Assembly: GCA_963704725.1 (NCBI GenBank)
Contig: OY969934.1
Location: 352,001 to 416,000, forward strand
Length of the DNA: 64,000 bases
Origin: an uncultured Actinomycetes bacterium
Lineage (GTDB): Bacteria; Actinomycetota; UBA4738; HRBIN12
Reading direction: 5' to 3'
Under the pieces are notes generated by a model. That model saw nothing but the letters and a program-made list of their open reading frames with translations, was not told the DNA's origin and did no database searches. This document shows positions 1 to 9,635 of this stretch, piece after piece. Position numbers and translations under genes: made by a program. Position 1 is the first letter of the stretch; each line of letters starts with the position of its first letter.

Positions 1-546
1 GGGGGTGGTACGCGATGATCCGACCAGCTCGAGCGCCCCGTCCCGGCCGGTGTCGGGGAACAGCCGCGTGCCCTGGCCGACGACCACGGGGAAGGTGAAC
101 AGGGTCATCTCGTCGACGAGGTCGTTGTCGAACAGCCACCGGAACAGGGCGCCGCAGCCGTGCACCTGCAGCTCGCGGCCCGGCCTGGCTTTCAGCTCGC
201 CGACTGCGGCCGCGAGATCACCGGAGAGGACGGTCGTGTTCGCCCACCGCGGGTCGGTGAGTGTCGTCGATGCCACGTACTTGGGCTTCGTGTGCAACGC
301 GGTCCAGATCGGACTGTCGCCCGGATCGTCCCACGATCCCCAGGAGCCGGCGAAGACCTCGTAGGTCCGGCGGCCGAACAGGAACGCGTCGGCGCGCTGG
401 TAGATCTCGTCCATGACCGTCGAGGCTTCGTCGTCGAAGTGGGCCCATCCGCCGCGCTCGAATACGCCGCGCTCGTCCTCCTCCGGCCCGCCGGGCCCCT
501 GCATCACTCCGTCGACGGAGACCTGCGTGGTGGTCGTCAGCTTCAT
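1..546 (-). CDS. Dihydrofolate reductase-like (RibD C-terminal domain) protein, runs off the window edge
   Basis: Manual translation MKLTTTTQVSVDGVMQGPGGPEED...FLFGRRTYE...LQVHGCGAL...FPVVVGQGTRLF; no stop before position 1. Confidence 0.9.
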   Translation of the reverse strand, partial: MKLTTTTQVSVDGVMQGPGGPEEDERGVFERGGWAHFDDEASTVMDEIYQRADAFLFGRRTYEVFAGSWGSWDDPGDSPIWTALHTKPKYVASTTLTDPRWANTTVLSGDLAAAVGELKARPGRELQVHGCGALFRWLFDNDLVDEMTLFTFPVVVGQGTRLFPDTGRDGALELVGSSRTTP

Positions 547-584
547 GGTCGCCCCCCTTTCTCGCCGGGTTCGTCCCTCGTTCG

Positions 585-615
585 ATTCGACCGGACCGCG
601 GCGCCGATCTCATCG
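585..615 (-). promoter_or_regulatory. SigG/ECF56-type promoter CGATGA-N18-GTC
   Basis: Minus strand CGATGA gatcggcgccgcggtccg GTCGAAT upstream of the DHFR-like gene; same motif at 9561-9591. Confidence 0.65.
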
Positions 616-874
616 GTCGCAGCAGATCCCGTCCGGCCGATCTTCCAGCACCCTTCCCGAACACGCGCCCCAGGTCGGCGAGGTCGTACTCCTGAACGGA
701 CACGAACGGGACGGGCTGCATCGTTCCCGGTCCCCTCGCCGGGGGCAACTCGCCGCTCCGGGGTTCTCGAGGCCCGCCGGCGCACCGGCTGCCGTGTCCT
801 CCGACACGCTGTGCTCGCCCGGTGCAAGGCGGCTCGATCTGTGGAAGGCTGACTCGGCTCGAAGGGGGCACGCG

Positions 875-1402
875 ATGCTGGCGGCGGATGTCTACATGGT
901 CGTCTTCCGGATCGTGCACATCGTGTCCGGGGTCGTCTGGGTCGGCTCGCTGTTCGTGGTGGTGGTCTACATCCAACCGATCGCCGCGGCGATCGGGCCG
1001 GCGGGCACACCGTTCATGTCGGAGCTCCGCAGGCGCCGGCTCGTCGACGCCATCCTCGCCATCGCCGTGGTCACCGTGGCCGGCGGACTGTTCGTCTATT
1101 GGCACGACTGGCACACGTACCCGAGCTTCGGCGACTGGATCAGCTCGACCTTCGGCGCCACGTTGACCGTGGGCGCGCTCCTCGCGATCTCGGTGATCGG
1201 CATCGGTACGCTCGTCTCCCGCCCCAGCATCGGTCGGCTCGTGGCCCTCGGGCGGCAGGTCGCCGAGGCGGGCGGACCACCCTCGCCCGAGGTCTCGGCG
1301 CAGATCGCCGCGACCCAGCGCCGGCTGATGCTCGCCGAACGGGTGAGCCTCGCCCTCACCTTGCTCGCCGCCGTGGCGATGGCGTCGGCGCGATACCTGT
1401 AG
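875..1402 (+). CDS. Integral membrane protein with about 4 TM helices, function unknown
   Basis: MLAADVYMVVFRIVHIVSGVVWVGS...AMASARYL; hydrophobic segments; purine-rich RBS before the ATG. Confidence 0.8.
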   Translation: MLAADVYMVVFRIVHIVSGVVWVGSLFVVVVYIQPIAAAIGPAGTPFMSELRRRRLVDAILAIAVVTVAGGLFVYWHDWHTYPSFGDWISSTFGATLTVGALLAISVIGIGTLVSRPSIGRLVALGRQVAEAGGPPSPEVSAQIAATQRRLMLAERVSLALTLLAAVAMASARYL

Positions 1403-1512
1403 CGGTCGTCCTGCGCCGCCGCGTCTCCGAGCGGGTCGTCCCTCCGGTGAGCGTGGTGCTCGAGGCCGAGGCCCGCGCCTACGTCGACGGTCTCACGGCG
1501 TTCCGGCGCTGG
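1403..1512 (+). pseudogene. Short remnant of a Fic-family gene
   Basis: VVLRRRVSERVVPPVSVVLEAEARAYVDGLTAFR resembles the segment that follows the Fic motif in actinobacterial Fic proteins; no start codon or catalytic motif. Confidence 0.45.
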
Positions 1513-1566
1513 GAGCGTCGGGAGCGTCGGGCCGCTCCCTACCCTTCGAGCCCGGATCCTCGCTCC

Positions 1567-1782
1567 TTACACGTGATGGATGCGCGTGCGGACAAGGTGG
1601 TAGAGCCCGATCAGCAGCGGGATCAGGGCGATCAGCGGAAGGAGCTCGGCGTCGTGCGTCCCTTCCTTGTTGGTCGTCGCGACGAGCCACCAACCTGCGA
1701 ACCCGGCGGCGAGAACGAAGGCTCCGGCGACGAGCCATCGGATGCCCGAGCGCCTCTCTTCTTGTGCGGTTCGAGGCTTCAT
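1567..1782 (-). CDS. Small two-TM membrane protein (71 aa)
   Basis: MKPRTAQEERRSGIRWLVAGAFVLAAGFAGWWLV...LLIGLYHLV; GGGGAG RBS. Confidence 0.7.
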   Translation of the reverse strand: MKPRTAQEERRSGIRWLVAGAFVLAAGFAGWWLVATTNKEGTHDAELLPLIALIPLLIGLYHLVRTRIHHV

Positions 1783-2064
1783 CTCCCCTCCCCTGGACCG
1801 GTTGCACGCCAACCGTCGATTCCCGCCGGCCATCGGGGGAGAGGCTTCGGTCCCCACCGGCGTGGGACCCTCTCTCTCCTGCGACCTGCTCGTCGACTGG
1901 AGGCGCCGGGCCCCGGGGCGCACATCTGAACAATCCCTTACAACTTGCGCTCTCGAGCCGGCCGTCCGTAACGCCCCCGCCGCGCGATCACACGTCCTCC
2001 CCGCATGCACATCCATCGACGGATGCCCGGGTCCCCGTCATCGACCCGAAGGGGGATCGACGCA

Positions 2065-3156
2065 ATGTCAGGCAGAACTCGATTCGCACGCGCGATCGTG
2101 GCCGGGGTGGTCCTCACCCTCGCCTCGATCGTCGCGGTCCCCGTCGCAGTCGCGGCGGAGCCCGCAGCAGGGCACGTGTACGTCCAGACGAACGACCCGA
2201 GCGGCAACGCGGTCGTCGCATTCGATCGCGCGGCCGACGGCACGCTCACGTACGCCGAGACCGTCTCGACGGGCGGCCTCGGGCTCGGGGCGAGCCTCGG
2301 CAGCCAGGGCGCGCTGACGGTCACCGACGACGAGCGGCACCTGCTCGTCGTCAACGGTGGGAGCGACGACGTCTCGCTGTTCGCGATCAGGGACGGCGGG
2401 CTCGCGCTCACCGACGTCGAGCCGGTCGGCGACCTGCCGGTCAGCGTGGACGCGTCGGGCAGCGTGGCGTACGTGCTGAACCAGGGCGCGAGCACGATCC
2501 AGGCGGTCCGGATCGCCAAGGACCGTCTCGTGGCGATCCCGAAATCGACCCGGCCGCTCTCCGGCCCGGCGGCGAACGCGGCGCAGGTCGCGTTCAGCCC
2601 GAACGGCCGGATCCTGGCCGTGACCGAGAAGGGAACCGCGACGATCGACACGTTCGCGGTGCGCCGGGACGGTCGCGCCACGGGCCCGAGGGTCCAGGCC
2701 TCGAACGGCCTCACCCCGTTCGGCTTCGCGTTCGGCCCGGACGGACGGCTGTACGTCTCGGAGGCCCCGACCAGCTCGGCGTCGAGCTACGACGTCGCGT
2801 CCGACGGAACGATCGGCCTGATCAGCGGGTCCGTGCCGAACGGCCAGGGCGCCGCTTGCTGGCTCGTGGTCACCGGCGACGGCCGCTTCGCGTACACGGC
2901 CAACGCCTCGACGGACGACGTCAGCTCGTATGCGATCGGCGCCGACGGCTCGCTCACGCTGGCGAGCGGCGTGGCCGGGACGACCGGCGACGGTCCGGTC
3001 GACATGGACCTGAGCGACGGCGACGGGTTCCTGTACGTGTTCGACCGCGCGGGCGGGTCGATCTCCGCCTTCGCGGTGAACGCCGATGGCTCGCTGACGG
3101 CGCTCGCCGGCGCCGGCGGCGTCCCGACGACGGGCAACGGGATCGCCGCGATCTGA
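2065..3156 (+). CDS. Secreted lactonase-family (6-phosphogluconolactonase-like) beta-propeller protein
   Basis: Signal peptide; VYVQTND..GNAVVAF, GSQGAL, FSPNG, PFGFAF, AACW and YTAN propeller motifs. Confidence 0.85.
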   Translation: MSGRTRFARAIVAGVVLTLASIVAVPVAVAAEPAAGHVYVQTNDPSGNAVVAFDRAADGTLTYAETVSTGGLGLGASLGSQGALTVTDDERHLLVVNGGSDDVSLFAIRDGGLALTDVEPVGDLPVSVDASGSVAYVLNQGASTIQAVRIAKDRLVAIPKSTRPLSGPAANAAQVAFSPNGRILAVTEKGTATIDTFAVRRDGRATGPRVQASNGLTPFGFAFGPDGRLYVSEAPTSSASSYDVASDGTIGLISGSVPNGQGAACWLVVTGDGRFAYTANASTDDVSSYAIGADGSLTLASGVAGTTGDGPVDMDLSDGDGFLYVFDRAGGSISAFAVNADGSLTALAGAGGVPTTGNGIAAI

Positions 3157-3180
3157 CGGCGGTCGAGCGTCACCGGTGGC

Positions 3181-3210
3181 GGGACGGGCGGGGAAGGCCT
3201 CGCCCGTCCC
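3181..3210 (+). terminator. GC-rich hairpin, probable terminator
   Basis: GGGACGGGCGGGG-aagg-CCTCGCCCGTCCC just after the stop codon. Confidence 0.55.
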
Positions 3211-3301
3211 GCGCCGCGGCAAGCCCGGGTGAGGCTCGTCTAGAGTCCGGCCGATGGCGCCCGGCATGCCCGAGACCGTGGGCTCGAGGAAGCGGATCCC
3301 G

Positions 3302-4261
3302 ATGAGGGCGGCGGTCCGGACCCGGTACGGCCCGCCGGAGGTCGTCCGGGTCCGCGAGGTGCGCTCGCCGGCGATCGGCCCTCAGGACCTCCTGGTCCGG
3401 GTCCACGTCACGACGGTGACCCGGACCGACTGCGGCGTCCGCGCGGCCAAGCCGTTCTTCATCCGCGGGTTCACGGGGGTGACGAGGCCGAAGCGGTCGA
3501 TCCTCGGCGGCGAGTTCGCAGGCGTCGTCGAGGCCGTCGGGCCGGATGTCACGTCCTTCGAGGTCGGCGCGAGGGTCTTCGGCTTCAGCGAGGACCTCGG
3601 GGCGCACGCCGAGTACCTGCGGATGGCGCAGGATGGGCCGGTCGCGACGATCCCGGGCGATCTGACCTTCGAGGAGGTGGCCCCGAGCACGGAGGCCTCG
3701 TACTACGCGCTCACGATCGTCCGGGCCGCGGACGTTCGGAGCGGGCAGCGCGTCCTCGTGAACGGGGCGACCGGCGCGATCGGGTCGGCCGCGGTCCAGC
3801 TGTTGAAGGAGCGCGGGGCCGTCGTCACGGCCGTGTGCGACACGCCGAACATCGAGCTCGTCCGGGGTCTCGGCGCGGACCGCATCATCGACCGGAACGT
3901 GACCGACTTCACGCGGGACGAGGAGCGATACGCGGCCGTGGTGGACGCCGTGGGGAAGAGCTCGTTCGGGCGGTGCCGGCGGCTGCTGGAGCCGCACGGG
4001 CAGTACCTCTCGAGCGATCTCGGGCCGTACTGGACGACCCCGCTCCTCGCCCTCGTCACCCGCTTCGTCGGCGACAAGCGGGCGAGGCTGCCGGTCGGGC
4101 CGAACCGCGACCGCGCGGTCGTCGAGTACCTCCGCGGACTGCTCGAGTCCGGGGCGTTCCGGCCGCTCATCGACCGGCGGTATCCGCTGGAGGAGATCGT
4201 CGAGGCGTACCGATACGTCGAGACGGGTCGCAAGGTCGGCAACGTCCTGATCACCGTGTAG
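3302..4261 (+). CDS. NAD(P)-dependent MDR-family oxidoreductase (alcohol dehydrogenase/quinone reductase-like)
   Basis: RYGPPEV, GGEFAGVVEAVG, VLVNGATGAIG Rossmann motif, IDRRYPLEEIVEAYRYVE. Confidence 0.9.
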   Translation: MRAAVRTRYGPPEVVRVREVRSPAIGPQDLLVRVHVTTVTRTDCGVRAAKPFFIRGFTGVTRPKRSILGGEFAGVVEAVGPDVTSFEVGARVFGFSEDLGAHAEYLRMAQDGPVATIPGDLTFEEVAPSTEASYYALTIVRAADVRSGQRVLVNGATGAIGSAAVQLLKERGAVVTAVCDTPNIELVRGLGADRIIDRNVTDFTRDEERYAAVVDAVGKSSFGRCRRLLEPHGQYLSSDLGPYWTTPLLALVTRFVGDKRARLPVGPNRDRAVVEYLRGLLESGAFRPLIDRRYPLEEIVEAYRYVETGRKVGNVLITV

Positions 4262-4304
4262 GGCGGCGCTGGTTGGTCGCGCGTTCGAGGCGCAGGATGG
4301 AGCC

Positions 4305-5277
4305 ATGGAGCCGGATCGTGGTCGTGTCCGGCGGATCGCCCCCGGGGTCGTGGCGTTCGCGGTCCTCGTCGGGGCGATCTGGCTCGTGGCGACCGGCGGG
4401 CCGATCGGCACCGCCCCCACGCCCACCCCGACCGGGTCGCCGGCTCCGACGCCGCCGCCCGCCCTGTCCCGAATCGCCGAGGTCGGCGGTTCCGCGCGCG
4501 TCGGCTTCGTCGGCCTACCTCCCGAGGGGGCGACGCCGAGCCAGCCGAGCGAGCGGGGAGCTCGTCCTCAGCTACTTCGGGCGGCAGTTCACCCACTGGT
4601 ACCAGGTCTGGGTGTACGAGGACGGGCGGCTGATCTGGCAGGGGGAGGGCGACGTCCGGGAGGGGGCGAACGAGTACGCGACGGGCTTCCTCGAACAGCG
4701 CCTCACGCCCGGGGGCATCCGGCTGCTGCGGCGTCGAGGATCGCCGGAAGCCGCGCTGTTCGGCTTCCCGTGGCGGCCCCCGTACCCGGCGTCCTGGCTG
4801 CCGCCGCGTGCCTGGGAGGATCCCTCGATCCGGGCGTACGTGCCGTCCCGATACGCGGTCTGCTACCAGGGGTTGCTGCGACCGATCGAGCCGTCTCGCC
4901 TCGTGAGCTGGCTTCCGGCGCCGGTCGCGAGGATCCTCCGCGGCGGGGACTTCGACACGACCTCCGTCGACCACTGGCTCCGCGGGTTCGGCGGCGGCTG
5001 CTCCAGCGTCACGACCGAGGATGCTCGCGCGATCGCCGGAGCGCTCGAGGACGCCGGGTTCCGGCAGAACGAGGAGTTCCAGAAGGCGTTCGGGCTCACG
5101 TACTACTTCACGCCCGGAAGGTCGCTCCGGAACGAGATGGTGATCAGGTTCGAACCGATCCTTCCGCACGGCGAGGTGGGCTGCTCGAGCTGCGGAGTTG
5201 TGACCCCCGGTCCGCCACGGGACGGTGTCGAGCGGCGTGCCGGACCGGCGACGCCCCGGGGGCACCTCGTCGCCTGA
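4305..5277 (+). CDS. Membrane-anchored hypothetical protein, frameshifted near 4550
   Basis: N-terminal TM, Pro/Thr linker and GFVGLPPEGATPS in one frame; continues as GELVLSYFG...VWVYEDGRLIW...GCSSCG in another frame. Confidence 0.6.
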
Positions 5278-5284
5278 TCACCCC

Positions 5285-6472
5285 TCACGTCTCGGCGCCG
5301 CGCCAGGCCTCGCGCACGGGCACCCGGCCGCCGAAGCGGAGCACCCCGCCCGCGTAGACCCGGGCCGCCGCGCGCACCAGGCCGTAGACCGCGGCCGCCA
5401 TCAGCCCCGCAGCCAGGACGGTCTGCCACAGCGGGACGCCGCCGTGGGCGATGCGCACGATCATCACGAACGGCGCCGTGGGCGGGAACAACGACCCGAG
5501 GACGGCCGCGCCGCTGTCTGGGGACTCGGTCGCCAGGAACGCGAGGAGGTACGCGGCGAGCTGCACCGCCGTCATCGGGAGGACGAGGCTCTGGGTTTCC
5601 TCCTGGCGCGAGACCAGCGATCCCGCCGCCGCGTAGACCACCGAGTAGAACCCGTAGCCCAGGACGAACCAGAACACGATCCACCCGAGCGTGCCGGCCG
5701 TGGTCTCGGGGATCACCGCGTTGTCCGAGACCGACAGGGCGACGAGCCCGGCGGCGACGACGAGCGCGAACTGCGCCAGCCCGACGAGGCCGATCCCGAG
5801 GACCTTGCCACCGAGCAGCTCGGTGGCCCGGACGCGCGAGAGCAGCACCTCGACCACGCGGCTCGACTTCTCTTCCACCACGCCCACCAGCACGAAGCCA
5901 CCGTACGTGGCGATCATGATGAACAGCAGCACGACGCCGATCCGGCCGAGATCGGCTCGGGCCGTCTCCTCCTCGGTCGTCGGGTCGAGGCTCGTGGACC
6001 GGAGGTCCGGAGACGAAATCAGCCGCTCGGCCTCGTCCGCGGTGAGGCCGAGCTCGCCGATCGTCTCCTGCCGGTCGAGGGTCGTCACCGCCGCCGTCAC
6101 CGCGGTCCGGAGCTGCTCGTCGACCTCCGCCTTCCACACGAGCGCCTGCTGATCCACGAGGAGGACCGACACCTCGTCGGCGCGCAGGGCGGCCCGGCCC
6201 GCGGCCGCGCCGGCGAGCTCCCGGGTCTTCACGGTCATGTCGAGCTGCTCCCCGGTGGCCTCGAGGACGGCCGGGAGCTGCGGCGAGCTCGCGCCGACCA
6301 GGCCGACCGTCCGGGTGGGCTTCTCGCCCCCGCCGTAGATCTCGGGGACCATGATGAGGGCGACGACGACCCCGACCGCGACCAGGGTGGAGACCCGGAA
6401 CGCCGTCGTGCGCACCCGCTGGTTCCACTCGCGACGGGCGACGAGCCACAGGCGCCGCATCCCGCCGCTCAT
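5285..6472 (-). CDS. ABC-2 type transporter permease (NatB-like)
   Basis: LVARREW, GVVEEKSSRVVEVLL, GKVLG, multiple TM segments; overlaps the ATPase stop. Confidence 0.9.
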   Translation of the reverse strand: MSGGMRRLWLVARREWNQRVRTTAFRVSTLVAVGVVVALIMVPEIYGGGEKPTRTVGLVGASSPQLPAVLEATGEQLDMTVKTRELAGAAAGRAALRADEVSVLLVDQQALVWKAEVDEQLRTAVTAAVTTLDRQETIGELGLTADEAERLISSPDLRSTSLDPTTEEETARADLGRIGVVLLFIMIATYGGFVLVGVVEEKSSRVVEVLLSRVRATELLGGKVLGIGLVGLAQFALVVAAGLVALSVSDNAVIPETTAGTLGWIVFWFVLGYGFYSVVYAAAGSLVSRQEETQSLVLPMTAVQLAAYLLAFLATESPDSGAAVLGSLFPPTAPFVMIVRIAHGGVPLWQTVLAAGLMAAAVYGLVRAAARVYAGGVLRFGGRVPVREAWRGAET

Positions 6473-7365
6473 GCGCCCCGCCCTTCCGAGACCGCCTCCA
6501 GGAACAGGTCCGTCAGCGACGGCGGCTCGAAGCTGAACGACGTGACCTCGCCGACCCGGCGAGCTCCCGCCAGGATCTCCTCCAGCTCGACCGCGGCGTC
6601 CACGAGCACGTGCACTCGGCCGTCCTGCTTGCTCGTGATGGTGCCGGTGGGAAGCGCGGGCACCCACGGCTGGCCGTCGACGGTGATCTCCAGCGATCGG
6701 TGGGACGAGGCCGCCTTGAGCTCCTCCACCACGCCGGCGAGCACGATCCTGCCGTGGTCGACGATCACGACGTCCTGGCACACGTCCTCGACGAGGTCCA
6801 GCTGGTGGCTCGAGAAGACCACGGCCACTCCCATCGCCGCCGTCTGCACCAGCAGCTCGGCCAGGGACTGGACGCCGAGGGGGTCGAGCCCGCTGAACGG
6901 CTCGTCGAGCACCGCGAGCTCGGGATCGTGCACGAGCGCCGCGGCCAGCTGCACGCGCTGCTGGTTTCCGTGGGACAGCTCCTGCAGGCGCGCGTCGGCG
7001 CGGTCCGCGAGACCCAGGCGCTCGAGCCATCCGGCGGCGGCGTGGCGGGCCTGCGCTCCCTCCAGCCCGGACAGCTCGGCCATGTAGGTGAGCTGCTCGG
7101 CCACCTTCATCTTCGGATAGAGGCCTCGCTCCTCCGGCATGTAGCCGAACCGGAGCCGCTGGGCGGGGCCAACCGGGGTGCCCTTCCACAGCACCTCGCC
7201 CCGGTCCGGGCGCACCAGGCCGAAGATCGCCCGCATCGTGGTGGTCTTGCCGGCGCCGTTCGGACCGAGGAACCCGACGATGCGACCCGGGGCCACGGTG
7301 AAGGACGCTCCGTTGAGGGCCACGACGTCGCCGAACCGCTTCGACAGGTCGACGATCTCGAGCAT
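6469..7365 (-). CDS. ABC transporter ATP-binding protein
   Basis: Walker A GPNGAGKTT, signature LSHGNQQR, Walker B LDEPFSGLDP, SSH. Confidence 0.95.
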   Translation of the reverse strand: MLEIVDLSKRFGDVVALNGASFTVAPGRIVGFLGPNGAGKTTTMRAIFGLVRPDRGEVLWKGTPVGPAQRLRFGYMPEERGLYPKMKVAEQLTYMAELSGLEGAQARHAAAGWLERLGLADRADARLQELSHGNQQRVQLAAALVHDPELAVLDEPFSGLDPLGVQSLAELLVQTAAMGVAVVFSSHQLDLVEDVCQDVVIVDHGRIVLAGVVEELKAASSHRSLEITVDGQPWVPALPTGTITSKQDGRVHVLVDAAVELEEILAGARRVGEVTSFSFEPPSLTDLFLEAVSEGRGA

Positions 7366-7435
7366 CCGTGGCCTCCGGAGCCCAGCCTCGCCGGGGAGCC
7401 GGACGCACCGCAAGGTGCGGGGTCCCGATGGCCGA

Positions 7436-7449
7436 GGGACCAAGGTCCC
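7436..7449. promoter_or_regulatory. DosR/DevR-like palindromic operator GGGAC-N4-GTCCC
   Basis: GGGACCAAGGTCCC about 70 bp upstream of the ABC operon start. Confidence 0.45.
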
Positions 7450-7699
7450 GCCGCGCCCGCGGGCCCGACGCGCAACCCGAGCGGCCGAGGACCGGCCGGG
7501 TGCCGAGCCAGGGGTGTATCGTGTCGGAGCAACCAACGCTGGTGCGTTGTCTGACGCTCTCGGACCCCTCGCCTCCCGCGAAGCGGTCGCCTACCCCCAC
7601 CCCTGAGCCTGGGCCGCGTTCCCCCGCTGGGGATGCTCCGTCGACGGGAGGAGGGGCAGACCGTCCGTTGTCTCGACTTCGACAGGGGAAGGAGTTCCG

Positions 7700-8431
7700 A
7701 TGGATCAGACCAGGAAGATCTCGCTGATCGCGGGATGGCTCTTCATCATCACGTTCGTCACGTCGATCCCGGCAGCGCTGTTCCTGTACACGCCGGTTCT
7801 CGACGACGCCCGGTACATCGTCGGTGCCGGAGCCGACGGCCGCATCGCCTTCGGAGCGCTGCTCGAGATGATCCTCATCATCGCGAACATCGGGAGCGCG
7901 GTCGTCCTGTTCCCGATCCTCAAGCGACAGAACGAGGGACTCGCCCTCGGCTACGTGACCGCCCGCATCGTCGAGAGCGGATTCATCGCCGTCGGCATCC
8001 TCAGCCTCCTCGCGATCGTGACGTTGCGCCAGGACGTCGGAGGTTCCGCGGGCGCGGCCTCGCTCGTGCCGGTCGGCAGGTCGCTCGTCGCGGTCCACGA
8101 CTGGACGTTCCTGCTCGGACCCGGCTTCATCGTCGGGGTCGGGAACGGGTTGCTGCTGGGCTACCTGATGTACCGATCCGGCCTGGTGCCACGGCGCATG
8201 ACCATGCTGGGGCTCGTCGGAGGTCCGCTGATCGTCGCGTCGGGGATCGGCGTGCTGTTCAACGCCTTCGAGCCGGGCTCGGCGCCGCAGGTCGTCGCGA
8301 CGATCCCCGAGTTCTTCTGGGAGTTGTCGCTCGGCATCTACCTCATCGTCAAGGGGTTCAAGCCGGCGTCTCCGATCCTCGCGAGCGACACCACACGGGT
8401 CGTCTCGGTGAACGTTCCCGACCTCGTCTAG
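7700..8431 (+). CDS. DUF4386-family membrane protein
   Basis: IAGWLFIITFVTSIPA, LFPILKR, YRSGLVPR, WELSLGIYLIVKGF; AGGAG RBS. Confidence 0.85.
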   Translation: MDQTRKISLIAGWLFIITFVTSIPAALFLYTPVLDDARYIVGAGADGRIAFGALLEMILIIANIGSAVVLFPILKRQNEGLALGYVTARIVESGFIAVGILSLLAIVTLRQDVGGSAGAASLVPVGRSLVAVHDWTFLLGPGFIVGVGNGLLLGYLMYRSGLVPRRMTMLGLVGGPLIVASGIGVLFNAFEPGSAPQVVATIPEFFWELSLGIYLIVKGFKPASPILASDTTRVVSVNVPDLV

Positions 8432-8437
8432 CGGATC

Positions 8438-8475
8438 CGTTCGAGGGCGGGGCACCACGGCTCCGCCCTCGAACG
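8438..8475. terminator. Bidirectional hairpin between convergent genes
   Basis: CGTTCGAGGGCGGGGC...GCTCCGCCCTCGAACG inverted repeat. Confidence 0.6.
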
Positions 8476-8524
8476 CGCCGTCGCCGGGTCGGCTCGGCGG
8501 TGCGCGCTCCCCGTCGTCGGCTCG

Positions 8525-8887
8525 TCAGGCCCGCTTCGCACTCATCTGCGCGAGTCGCGTCTTTACGACCTTCTTCACGAGTGCCACGGGGAGTCGCTTG
8601 CCGTACGAGAAGCTGATCGTCCCCTTCCCGGTGACGAGGTCGCCGAGCTCCTCGCGGTGAGCCTCGACTGCCGCCCCGCTCATCGGGAAGAAGCTGTAGT
8701 GATCCTTGAACGCCGCGTATGCCACGAACCCGCGGCCGCCCAGGAGGAACCCGGGCATGCTGTAGGTGATCCCCTCCTTGGCCTCGGGCGCCGCCGCCGA
8801 AATCGTCTGGCGGAGCTTCTGGAGCGCGGCGCGCACCTCGGGGCTCAGGCTCTTGAAGTACGCTTCGACGCTCTTCGGCTTCTCCAC
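8525..8887 (-). CDS. YdhG/DUF1801 family protein
   Basis: SVEAYF..L.PEVRAALQKLR, ITYSMPGF, YAAFKDHYSFFP, KGTISF. Confidence 0.9.
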   Translation of the reverse strand: MEKPKSVEAYFKSLSPEVRAALQKLRQTISAAAPEAKEGITYSMPGFLLGGRGFVAYAAFKDHYSFFPMSGAAVEAHREELGDLVTGKGTISFSYGKRLPVALVKKVVKTRLAQMSAKRA

Positions 8888-8906
8888 GTGCGCTCCTCCG
8901 CCTCTG

Positions 8907-9509
8907 TCAGAACGACCCCGTGACGATCTCGCCGGCCGGCTCGTACGTCCCGATCACGACGCCCGTGGTGGAGACCTTGGTGTCGACGAGTCGCAGCGCG
9001 GCGGGGACGGTGCCCTCCGCGAACAGGCGCTTGCCCGACCCGATCACGACCGGGAAGACCCACAGGCGGAACTCGTCGACGAGGCCTTGGCGCAGGAGCG
9101 TCTGGATCAGGTTCGCGCTGCCGTGCACCTGGAGCTCCGGCCCGTCCTGCTCCTTGAGCCTCGCCAGGCCCTCGGCCGCGTCTCCCTCGATCAGGACGGA
9201 GTTGCTCCACGTCAGCGCCGGGCGACCCCGCGACGAGACGTACTTGGTGGCCTGGTTGAACACCGTGGCGCCGGCTTCGTCCGGAGCGGTCGGCCAGAAC
9301 GCGGCCATGATCTCGTAGGTGCGGCGTCCGAGCACCATGGCGAACGGCGTGCTCGTCGCCTCGCCCATGACCTCGCCCATCAGCTCATCCCAGTAGTTCA
9401 CGGACCAGCCGCCGAGGGTGAAGCCGCCGCTGTCGTCCTCCCCGGGCCCGCCCGGCCCCTGCATGACCCCGTCGAGGCTCAGGAACGTGCTCACGACCAG
9501 CTTCCTCAT
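8907..9509 (-). CDS. Dihydrofolate reductase-like (RibD C-terminal) protein
   Basis: [42 protein letters not shown]. Confidence 0.92.
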   Translation of the reverse strand: MRKLVVSTFLSLDGVMQGPGGPGEDDSGGFTLGGWSVNYWDELMGEVMGEATSTPFAMVLGRRTYEIMAAFWPTAPDEAGATVFNQATKYVSSRGRPALTWSNSVLIEGDAAEGLARLKEQDGPELQVHGSANLIQTLLRQGLVDEFRLWVFPVVIGSGKRLFAEGTVPAALRLVDTKVSTTGVVIGTYEPAGEIVTGSF

Positions 9510-9560
9510 GGCGCGTGTCCTTTCGCTCGGATCCCGGCTCCGATTCGAGCCGGCCGAGAC

Positions 9561-9591
9561 TGAAGACCGTCCGGCCGAGCGCAACTCATCG
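9561..9591 (-). promoter_or_regulatory. SigG/ECF56-type promoter CGATGA-N18-GTC
   Basis: Minus strand CGATGA gttgcgctcggccggacg GTCTTCA. Confidence 0.65.
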
Positions 9592-9635
9592 CCGTCCCGG
9601 AGCGCCCGGATCGCTGCTGCCGGGCTGAGATCCCT

